Source: Nanobdellota archaeon
GTDB taxonomy: Archaea > Nanobdellota > Nanobdellia > Nanobdellales > Nanobdellaceae
Length of the DNA: 8,682 nucleotides
Direction of reading: 5' to 3'
Assembly (NCBI GenBank): GCA_020697515.1
Contig: JAIXNB010000021.1
Location: forward strand, 1-8,682
Shown: positions 1 to 6,907 of the stretch, in pieces
Layout of the letters: each line of letters begins with the position of its first letter
How positions within the stretch are numbered: position 1 is the first letter of the stretch
The notes under the pieces: model-generated
The model's database searches: none
What the model saw: the letters and a program-made list of their open reading frames with translations, nothing else
What the model was told of the DNA's origin: nothing
Made by a program: the position numbers and the translations under genes

Positions 1-954
1 ATCTTACCTTCATCTTCATTAATCAAAGTGCTAGATGAAGAAGGTAATCCTATCAATTTCTGTTACGAACAACCCAACGGAGAATGTAATACTACTCCTT
101 CAGATATTATTTGGGTTAAAGTCCCCTATATACCTGCTAATGGAAATACTATTTTAAGTATATTTCCTTCAGATACTAATCAAGCTGTGAATGGAGATCA
201 AGTATTTGAGTTCTAAGATGATTTTAAGATATTGAATACAAGTAAATAGGAAGTTAATAGAGCTAAAAAAGATCCAAACTTAGAATGTAAAGCAGAAAAT
301 GGTATACTATGGTTGGTTAAGAAAAGCAACGGGAAGGGTTGTAATATAAAAGCAAAGAATTTTAATGTGAAATATAATGATATGTATGTAATAGATTTTA
401 GGTTTAAGATAGATTATGTTTGTGGGACAAGTTATGATGGGGATGGAATGGCTCTGGTTATTGATGGGAATAGCGCTTCTCCTGGAGATGGGTGTGGTAA
501 GGGATTTGGTAGCCATCCATTGGGTACTAAGCAAGGACTCGTAGTTGAAATATTCACAGATGCATATGATTCTAGTACATATAATTTAGGAGGTATAGCC
601 ATTGATGATGACACAGGATGGTGTATCCTTAATCAAGATAATGTCAAAGCCTCTATAACTGTTTATGGAAATAACAAGAGATATGATTTAAATGATGGTA
701 TAATCACAGTTTATTTAACTGGAGATAAGATTAGAGTTCATTATAAAGATCTTAATCCGGCTAATGGTTATTTAGAAGATACTATTGAAGCTAATGTTTG
801 GGATCCTAATGGGAAAGGTTATTTTATGTTTGGAGCTGGTACTGGAGGCTCTAACTGTCCTAATGATGGAAGGGATTCGGCACATGGAATAGATTGGGTT
901 AGGGTTAGGAAATATGCTGATCGAGTGTCTAGAGTAAGGATCCAAATATCTTAA
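1..954 (+). pseudogene. DUF2341 + LamG/concanavalin-like surface protein, disrupted by two in-frame stop codons; the 5' end lies outside the window
   Basis: Frame 1 is open from nt 1. It translates as ...SDIIWVKVPYIPANGNTILSIFPSDTNQAVNGDQVFEF*DDFKILNTSK*EVNRAK...GIDWVRVRKYA. These are hallmarks of DUF2341 followed by a LamG-like domain (WVKVP, FxF-DDF, SKW, DWVRVRKY). In-frame TAA is at 214-216 and TAG at 247-249. Track ORFs 28-216 and 313-954 share this frame and start only on GTG/TTG. Confidence 0.6.
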
Positions 955-982
955 TTCATAATAGTAATACATATGCAAAACA

Positions 983-991
983 TTTTTTAAA
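983..991 (+). promoter_or_regulatory. TATA-like box (TTTTTTAAA) for the ttuA-like gene, implying a leaderless transcript
   Basis: The element is centred about 25 nt upstream of ATG 1012, with no purine-rich SD in between. The background is AT-rich, so specificity is low. Confidence 0.35.
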
Positions 992-1011
992 CAAGGATAA
1001 AAAAGCTTAGA

Positions 1012-1932
1012 ATGAAATGTTCCTTTTGCAATAAAAAAGCAATTTACAATGATGGTGAAAATAGATATTGTAAAGAACATTTTATTGAGTATTTCGAGAA
1101 AAGAATCTTAGATATTATAGAAATTTTCAATTTAATAGAACCCGGGGAGAAAATTGCGGTAGCAGTTTCGGGAGGAAAAGATTCAGTCAGCTTATTATAT
1201 CTTTTGGATAAATATAAAGAAGATTTAAAGATAGATGTGGTTGGGATACATATTGATGAGGGGATAAAAAACTATAGGGATAAACTGAAAAACTATCTTT
1301 TAGATCTTGCCAAAAAACACAATTGGGAAATAAAAGTCTATAAATTTAGAGATTACTTTAGGCTTACTTTAGATGATAGTGTAAAAATCGAAAGAAGACT
1401 TAAGCCATGTACAATTTGTGGGGTTTGGAGACGGTGGTTAATGTGGAAAGCTGCTAAAGATTTAGGTGTAGATAAAATAGCAACAGCTCACAATCTGAAT
1501 GATGAGGTTCAAACAATATTCATAAACCTTTTTGAGGGGAATATCAAAGATTTTGTTAAAGGTGGGCCGATAGTTGGAATAGTGGAACATGATTTTGTGC
1601 CTAGAATAAAACCATTCTATTTAGTTACTGAAAAAGAGACTACAATTTATGCTTTGATAAACAAAATAGATCCTCCTTGGGTAGAATGTCCTTATATATA
1701 TGGGCAAACTAGAGATGAAATAAGGAAATGGTTATATAAACTAGAAGAAGATTTTCCAGGTTTTCATAAAAAAGTCATTAACAAGTATTTGAGAATATTG
1801 AATAAGTTAAAGATATCATATAAAAAGACAAATAGGATAAATTTGAAACCATGTAAATATTGTGGATATCCTACATCTAGAGAAATGTGTAGAGCATGTG
1901 AGATAAAACTAATATTGTTAGGGCATAAATAA
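1012..1932 (+). CDS. ttuA: tRNA 2-thiolation PP-loop ATPase, TtuA/Ncs6 (Ctu1) family
   Basis: PP-loop SGGKDS at 1168-1185. N-terminal CxxC...CxxH and C-terminal CxxC...CxxC zinc fingers. Fe-S ligand-like PCTICG and ECPY. ATAHNLNDE motif. The 306-aa architecture is collinear with Pyrococcus TtuA as I recall it. Confidence 0.8.
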   Translation: MKCSFCNKKAIYNDGENRYCKEHFIEYFEKRILDIIEIFNLIEPGEKIAVAVSGGKDSVSLLYLLDKYKEDLKIDVVGIHIDEGIKNYRDKLKNYLLDLAKKHNWEIKVYKFRDYFRLTLDDSVKIERRLKPCTICGVWRRWLMWKAAKDLGVDKIATAHNLNDEVQTIFINLFEGNIKDFVKGGPIVGIVEHDFVPRIKPFYLVTEKETTIYALINKIDPPWVECPYIYGQTRDEIRKWLYKLEEDFPGFHKKVINKYLRILNKLKISYKKTNRINLKPCKYCGYPTSREMCRACEIKLILLGHK

Positions 1933-2012
1933 CTACCGAAGTTTAAGATGATATATTCTTAATTCCAGTTTTATACTATTTATACCCTTTTAGGGGAACA
2001 ACGAGATACTCT

Positions 2013-2064
2013 TCAGAGAAGATGGCGCTCTTCATAAAAATTCTGCCCCGATGGATCTCATCAT
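2013..2064 (-). ncRNA. C/D box sRNA, unit B (2'-O-methylation guide)
   Basis: Minus strand reads C (A)TGATGA (2058-2064), 12-nt guide gatccatcgggg, D' CAGA (2042-2045), 6-nt spacer, C' ATGAAGA (2029-2035), 12-nt guide gcgccatcttct, D CTGA (2013-2016). Confidence 0.75.
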
Positions 2065-2113
2065 CAGCGAGTGTGCGGTTCTTCATTGATTCCGATCGCA
2101 ACAATATCATCAC
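2064..2113 (-). ncRNA. C/D box sRNA, unit A (2'-O-methylation guide)
   Basis: Minus strand reads C GTGATGA (2107-2113), 12-nt guide tattgttgcgat, D' CGGA (2091-2094), 4-nt spacer, C' ATGAAGA (2080-2086), 12-nt guide accgcacactcg, D CTGA (2064-2067). This is the canonical archaeal box spacing, sitting in a GC-rich island within AT-rich DNA. Confidence 0.75.
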
Positions 2114-2130
2114 TCTCTATATACTTTTAT

Positions 2131-2136
2131 AAAAAA
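2131..2136 (-). terminator. T6 run on the minus strand downstream of tyrS (candidate oligo-T terminator)
   Basis: Plus-strand AAAAAA at 2131-2136 gives U6 on the tyrS strand, about 57-62 nt after the stop. T runs are common in AT-rich spacers, so this is tentative. Confidence 0.3.
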
Positions 2137-2192
2137 TAATTATAATAATTATAAGATTTAACCTAACCCTAATAGATCATGCTTTCGTCCAG

Positions 2193-3497
2193 TTACCTAG
2201 ATATTTTGATCCGTTGTAGTTCTTCTATATATCTCTTCCCATCCTTTTTAAAATAACATCTAATGGGCTCCAGTAATTTTAACAGCCAATTGGCTACAGC
2301 ATTCTTTAAATCTAATGGGTGTATTCTACCACTTATCCAATCTCTCCTTAAATCCCATAACTTTGTATAGACCTTCTGTTCTTTAGTTTTCCCATTTATT
2401 ATTTTGAATTCTATCTCTTTAAACCCTAAATCATAAAGATCTGAAAACTCTCTTTCAATCCTTGAGTAAACCAAATCCCAATCTATCTCATTTTTCTTAT
2501 TTTTATCTTCAATTACTTTAACGAGTTCATGTTTTTCAACACGTGGAAGCCCTAGTTCATTAGGTGTTACTATACTATTCTCTAATGCTATAAGGAGAAG
2601 ACCAATATTCTCCTGTTCTCTGAATATTACATATTCAACTAGTTCCCAGATAGGGTTAAATTCTGTTTCTTTCATAGGACAGAATGCCTGCTTTATTTTA
2701 GATAGTATCTCTTCCTCAGAATCATGTATAAATATTGCAGACCCGGGTATAGATTTTGACATTTTTAATTCAGATAGATCTTCCTTAATCTTCCTCTTAT
2801 CCTTCTCCTTTTTTAATTTTCTATAGATGTCCCATGATAACCTTAAATTGGTAATTAGGATATGATGTACTGCAAGTAGAGGGTAATCTATTTTATTAGC
2901 ATACTCCATTGCGATCACATGGGCTTTTCTTTGGTCTATACCAGCATGGGCTATATTAATATTTTGAAAAACAATATCCGCAGCTTGCATTAATGGGTAT
3001 ACTAACCAGGCCGAAGGAATTGATTCTGATTCTCTTCTACCCATAATTGTTATGGATCTTAGAACCCTGCTTAATGTAGTTTCTTTCCCAATCTTAATAA
3101 CTTCGGCCCAATAATCGTTGTTGTATATATCCGAAGCTAAAATAAACTCGGTTATAGTTGGGTCTCCACCTACAGCTTCTATAGATTTTGCTATTGCATG
3201 GGAAAAGTAACCTTTAGCAACTTTTCTTATAATGTCCATATTACCCCCCAGCTTATTATTTATCCAAGCATGCCAATCTGCCATGAAAACTTCAGTTTTA
3301 ATGCCTGCTTCTTGGAAGTCTCTTATCTTAGCCCCAGAAAATATACCTGTTCCTAAATGCACAAATCCGGATATTTCAAACCCTATATAATGTTTGAGTT
3401 CTATCCCTCTTTCGAATATATCTTTTAATTTCTTCTCTCCAAGAACCTCAATAGTAGGTTTTCTCCACAAAAGCACATGTATTCCCTCAATATCCAT
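2193..3497 (-). CDS. tyrS: Tyrosine--tRNA ligase (archaeal type, enlarged to 434 aa)
   Basis: Class I aaRS signatures: HYIGFEISGFVHLGT (HIGH variant HLGT at 3348-3359), ADWHAWINNKLGG, KMSKS (2751-2765). The C-terminal IHPLDLKNAVANWLLKLLEPIR is almost identical to the M. jannaschii TyrRS C-terminus as I recall it (LHPMDLKNAVAEELIKILEPIR). Confidence 0.9.
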   Translation of the reverse strand: MDIEGIHVLLWRKPTIEVLGEKKLKDIFERGIELKHYIGFEISGFVHLGTGIFSGAKIRDFQEAGIKTEVFMADWHAWINNKLGGNMDIIRKVAKGYFSHAIAKSIEAVGGDPTITEFILASDIYNNDYWAEVIKIGKETTLSRVLRSITIMGRRESESIPSAWLVYPLMQAADIVFQNINIAHAGIDQRKAHVIAMEYANKIDYPLLAVHHILITNLRLSWDIYRKLKKEKDKRKIKEDLSELKMSKSIPGSAIFIHDSEEEILSKIKQAFCPMKETEFNPIWELVEYVIFREQENIGLLLIALENSIVTPNELGLPRVEKHELVKVIEDKNKKNEIDWDLVYSRIEREFSDLYDLGFKEIEFKIINGKTKEQKVYTKLWDLRRDWISGRIHPLDLKNAVANWLLKLLEPIRCYFKKDGKRYIEELQRIKISR

Positions 3498-3520
3498 TAT
3501 ATCGGAAACATCTCAAAACA

Positions 3521-3529
3521 ATATATAAG
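3521..3529 (-). promoter_or_regulatory. TATA-like box for tyrS (minus strand CTTATATAT)
   Basis: Centred about 28 nt upstream of the ATG (3497), with no SD. This is consistent with a leaderless mRNA. Confidence 0.4.
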
Positions 3530-3799
3530 TTTTATCCTAACTCGCAAGTAAAATAAATTAATTTTAGCTGAGTGTTGGTTTTAATCCATCTAAATTTTAT
3601 TGAGCTCGTTAATAAACTACTGTAACAGCGTTTTTTATTATAGGATAATAATTTTTAACAACCAAATATTCACTATATCCAACAGCAAGCTTTCTAATAA
3701 GGAGCACAGTCCTCTTTAATTTCACTTTCAGAAAGTGCATATAAATGCTGAAACTATAGATATTTATTCTTAAGCGCGCGCCATGGTTGCTTAGGATTC

Positions 3800-4003
3800 C
3801 TAAATATGCTGCTCATCTATTTTAATCTTTTTGGCATACTCACCCTTTAGTTCTTTCATCTGTTTTAGTGCTTCTACGATGGATATTTCGCTCCTACCAA
3901 GTTTTTCTTCTATTTCCTTAAATTTATTAATAATACTTATATCAATACTTTCTACCACGGTATTTATCCTTTCCTCAAGAATAATATGAATTCGTGTGGA
4001 CAA
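3800..4003 (-). CDS. Doubtful small ORF (67 aa, charged and helical), possibly not coding
   Basis: The ORF is open only from a TTG at 4003. The first in-frame ATG leaves only 19 aa. There is no correctly spaced SD or TATA, and I recognise no motif. Confidence 0.2.
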   Translation of the reverse strand: MSTRIHIILEERINTVVESIDISIINKFKEIEEKLGRSEISIVEALKQMKELKGEYAKKIKIDEQHI

Positions 4004-4006
4004 ACA

Positions 4007-4012
4007 TTTATA
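4007..4012 (+). promoter_or_regulatory. TATA box (TTTATA) positioned for the GC-rich RNA candidate
   Basis: Its centre lies about 26 nt upstream of the abrupt switch from AT-rich to GC-rich sequence at 4036. The element is near-palindromic, so its orientation is not proven. Confidence 0.45.
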
Positions 4013-4035
4013 CAGCGATCTCTATAGCTGATCTG

Positions 4036-4144
4036 ACCTCCTCCCGCCCTTTAGGACAGGGCACCCGCAGGGAGCACCCCGCTCCATCGTCTCGCGACGG
4101 TTTCACGGGTCGATTGGTGTGATACCTCTACATCTCAGCTTTTT
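4036..4144 (+). ncRNA. GC-rich structured small RNA of unknown class (~105 nt); strand is tentative
   Basis: A sharp GC-rich island runs 4036-4130, bounded by the TATA at 4007-4012 and a T5 run at 4140-4144. Four GC helices: 4046-4050/4058-4062, 4063-4067/4106-4110, 4071-4075/4081-4085 and 4086-4091/4096-4101. Together they form a hairpin plus a three-way junction. There is no ORF. Confidence 0.55.
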
Positions 4145-4643
4145 AAATGTTACTAAAATTAGAAACTGTTTCGAACCCTGCAACCGTATTGACTTTTCCA
4201 TTATTTCTTTTCTCTAATTGATTCTAACTAACGCTTTAATACTACTTTATAAATTCAAGAATCTTGCATAAGGATATTACATTTATAACATATCTTTTTT
4301 GGTATGTTCACTCGTGGTATTCGGCAGAAAATATTATTACACATTTCAATTGCTGATAAGGCTCATTATTACTTTTTTCCCTAAAGGCCTAAGGCATAAT
4401 AACAATTTCCTTATCCGTAGATACCATTATTTTTAGTGTCCTAGGTTATGATACATAGAGGTTTGCTTGTCCATAAGTATAGTATTATAAATTAATCCTT
4501 CAAGGTCCAATATTTTCACTAATGATATATTTGAGTAGAGAAAGTTTTCTATATCGATGCATTTTTATGGTGCTATCAGAGTTGAAAACTGTTTCGAGCT
4601 CTAAAGATTATTTAAAAGGATAAACGATAAAATGTAACTTCCT

Positions 4644-5546
4644 TTAGGAGGAAGGTAAAAATAGTGGATGGATGTCAATGCAAATAGTACAGCTCAACAC
4701 TTTGAATGCAGTATATTTTGTTATTTCTTTAAGAAAATAAATATCATCCTTATCAATGACTTCATATACACAGTTTGCATATTTTAGCAGGTAGAGAGCG
4801 TTTCCTTCTAAATCTGTCATAATATCTGCACATATAATGTCGAAGTCTGTCCTTAATATTTTTTCTGATATTTCTCTCTCGTACTTTTCTCTACTTTCCC
4901 ACGTTTTAATTAACTCAACACCACAAGATATATCAGAGTTCGAACATATTACATTAAATGCATCGTACAATTCTTCGCTATCTAGCAGATACATGTCATC
5001 GGTTATAAACCCACAGTTGAAACCTTTCCGGGTACAATAATTAGTTATATTATTAAGTAAGCTAACTATATATTGTTTTGGAATGTTCCATTCTTCCTTA
5101 ACAATTATATGAAATAGAATGTTCTTTAGATCTAGGTTATATGTATCTATGAAATTTTTAAAATATTCAAAGTCTAATCTGAAGCATTGAGATCTTCCAT
5201 AATATGTACCGGAGTACTCACATTTTTTATCAGTAAAATACCAATTATGTTTTACTAGAAACTTTATTTTGTATTTTCTTCTAAACTTATTATATACCTC
5301 AATAGTTCTATTATCTAATATAGGGTATTCATCTGTGTCATATAATATTATAGAATAATCCATATACTGTTTATCTAACAACCGTATCGCTTCATCCTTT
5401 ACATTGTATGTATTTATTGCTACATACTTTATATGTAACTTGTGAGTATCTATAAAGTAAGTATCCGTAAATTTACCATACAATAGATACACAATACCTA
5501 TTATGAACATTAAAACTATCAATACTATGAATTTGGCATACTTCAT
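4644..5546 (-). CDS. Hypothetical Cys-rich protein with an N-terminal membrane anchor (orphan)
   Basis: A 300-codon ORF in stop-rich AT-rich DNA. It has an ATG start with TATA-like TTTATATATAA about 24 nt upstream and an N-terminal hydrophobic helix, KFIVLIVLMFIIGIVYLLY. There are about 12 Cys. YVAINTYN...SIILYDTDEY is only a weak GT-A/DxD-like resemblance. Confidence 0.6.
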   Translation of the reverse strand: MKYAKFIVLIVLMFIIGIVYLLYGKFTDTYFIDTHKLHIKYVAINTYNVKDEAIRLLDKQYMDYSIILYDTDEYPILDNRTIEVYNKFRRKYKIKFLVKHNWYFTDKKCEYSGTYYGRSQCFRLDFEYFKNFIDTYNLDLKNILFHIIVKEEWNIPKQYIVSLLNNITNYCTRKGFNCGFITDDMYLLDSEELYDAFNVICSNSDISCGVELIKTWESREKYEREISEKILRTDFDIICADIMTDLEGNALYLLKYANCVYEVIDKDDIYFLKEITKYTAFKVLSCTICIDIHPLFLPSS

Positions 5547-5798
5547 TATATAACTAAATTAAAATTATATATAAAATTTATATTAAATAAACAAAATTAA
5601 TATTATCTAGATCTACATTATAACCGAAAGCCATACCTTCTAGGTAAGGGATGAGAAAAGTTTAAAATATATATTATAGATTGCTATTTTGTCATCTACA
5701 ATCTCAAATTCTCTGTAAAGGGATAAAGATTGATAGATCGGAAACTTATCCTGGATCGAACGAAAAGAATATAGCTATAAATTTCTCTACTCTATTTG

Positions 5799-5898
5799 GA
5801 ACCCCTTCCCTTTAGAGTGGAGAGAGGACTAGTTTTATAACTATCTTATTTATATTATATTAATCTGACCATCTCTCGTCCTAAAGGGAGAGGGTTTC
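5799..5898. repeat. Inverted pair of ~30-nt CT-rich/TTTA/GA-rich hairpin modules separated by a ~40-nt AT-rich spacer
   Basis: Left arm 5799-5829 is ggaaccccttccctttagagtggagagaggac. The reverse complement of right arm 5869-5898 is gaaaccctctccctttaggacgagagatgg. The shared blocks are gaa-ccc, tccctttag and gagaga-gg. Confidence 0.65.
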
Positions 5899-5968
5899 AG
5901 TTGTAAAAATTAACATTACTTTAACAGAGGCGAATGCTTATAATATTGACTATATAAATCTAAGAAAT

Positions 5969-6907
5969 ATGTTATCAAAAAGAGATTTAGAATTGATATT
6001 TAAAGAAGTGAACAATGTTAATAATACTACTGAGAAGAAAGAGGGAGAGTATGAGGTTGACATTGAATTACTTAATCTAGAAGAGAGTGTCTGTAAAGAC
6101 TTAGATGTTACCTATATAGATTCCAGTTATGCTAGCGGAGTAATTGGTCCTTATGCATACATTTATTCTCGAGCTGTTTCAGTTTCTCCTTACACAATCA
6201 AGGAAGATAGAGATTTTTTACTGTTATCAGATACATTCTTCTATGCAGAATCTTATGAAGGAGAAAAATTAGAGATATTAGATGTTTCAGATATATCTGG
6301 GATTATTTCGAAAAATCTAGAGTATAGACTTGCTGTAGAAGCAGATACAGAATTCGTAGTAATAGATGGGTCACTTTTATCAGACGCTATCTTCTATAGT
6401 AATGGTATAGAATATAAGATACTTGAAGATAAGATAATGAGCAGATATGAAGAGTTCTTAATAAATTTTAAAAAGATTATTAACACTTATACTTTTTCTA
6501 TTGCTAAGAGAATTCTTGGCGGGAAGTTTATATGCTCAAATACAAATTCAGAGAACTCAGATTTTATGTTATTACTATCTAAATATCCAGAAGAAGAATT
6601 TTATACTCAGATATTTATACAGGATATGAGACCAAATATAACGGTTATAAATGGAGGGATAAAAGCTCTATATTTTAGACCTAGAGATGGAGACCACATA
6701 TACAGATTAGAAACTTTTGGAAATACTCCCAACGAAAAGATACTTGAATTCCTGTGCAGTACTGTTAAAAAACAAAAAAGATATCCAATGGAACTTAAGT
6801 TGGCTCATAATAGAGCGAAAGTAACTTCTAAGGAGAAGTATATCTTAGAACATTATTTAAAAAATAGTTTAGGACTTAGCAAAACAGTTGATTGGGAAAC
6901 AAAATAA
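5969..6907 (+). CDS. nurA: NurA-family 5'-3' nuclease
   Basis: VTYIDSS (D51), NLEYRLAVE, FVVIDGSLL (D133) and RYPMELKLAHNRAKV (H280) fit the NurA catalytic D-E-D-H pattern. The gene sits directly upstream of herA on the same strand. Confidence 0.7.
   Translation: MLSKRDLELIFKEVNNVNNTTEKKEGEYEVDIELLNLEESVCKDLDVTYIDSSYASGVIGPYAYIYSRAVSVSPYTIKEDRDFLLLSDTFFYAESYEGEKLEILDVSDISGIISKNLEYRLAVEADTEFVVIDGSLLSDAIFYSNGIEYKILEDKIMSRYEEFLINFKKIINTYTFSIAKRILGGKFICSNTNSENSDFMLLLSKYPEEEFYTQIFIQDMRPNITVINGGIKALYFRPRDGDHIYRLETFGNTPNEKILEFLCSTVKKQKRYPMELKLAHNRAKVTSKEKYILEHYLKNSLGLSKTVDWETK

Noticed and set aside
214-249. Stop-codon reassignment or readthrough explaining the in-frame TAA and TAG
   Set aside because: TAA terminates ttuA, tyrS, nurA, the 300-aa ORF and the LamG frame itself. 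TAG ends the small ORF. Standard code with a pseudogene is the simpler reading.
307-1080. Minus-strand ORFs 307-534, 432-614 and 772-1080
   Set aside because: They lie antisense to the much longer LamG-like frame and to the ttuA start. Their translations are low-complexity with no motifs, so they are typical shadow ORFs.
1941-1975. Plus-strand C/D box sRNA downstream of ttuA (aAGATGATAt ... CCAG)
   Set aside because: The box C is degenerate (UGAUAU), there is no CUGA D box at the right spacing, and the segment is AT-rich.
3771-3795. GC-rich palindromic patch taaGCGCGCGCCATGGttgctta, considered as a terminator hairpin or Z-DNA-prone (GC)4
   Set aside because: It is very short, has only a 5-bp outer stem and no adjacent T run. 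It lies next to an ORF I doubt is real, and there is not enough signal to call a function.
4028-4042. Fragment of the 16S rRNA 3' end (gctgatctgACCTCCT versus GCUGGAUCACCUCCU)
   Set aside because: Similarity is limited to about 13-15 nt with indels. No other rRNA-like sequence flanks it. I kept it only as a remark on the anti-SD-like heptamer.
4063-4110. Hammerhead-type self-cleaving ribozyme at the three-way junction
   Set aside because: The junction strands (CAG / none / UUCA on plus; UGAA / none / CUG on minus) lack the CUGANGA and GAAA core.
4036-4125. tRNA gene, possibly intron-containing, split or permuted
   Set aside because: The 5-bp stem with 7-nt loop hairpin looks like an anticodon arm; the minus-strand loop GTCCTAA would give anticodon CCU. 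But there is no acceptor pairing between the ends, no D arm and no GTTCRANNC T-loop on either strand. The helix order does not fit a cloverleaf.
4168-4178. 5S rRNA-like string GTTTCGAACCC
   Set aside because: It is only a short match to the 5S loop region. The surrounding DNA is AT-rich with none of the 5S helices.
4837-5040. Plus-strand 67-aa ORF inside the 4644-5546 gene
   Set aside because: It is antisense to a 300-codon ORF that has a proper ATG, TATA box and membrane anchor. Its translation is Ser/Leu-rich with no start context.
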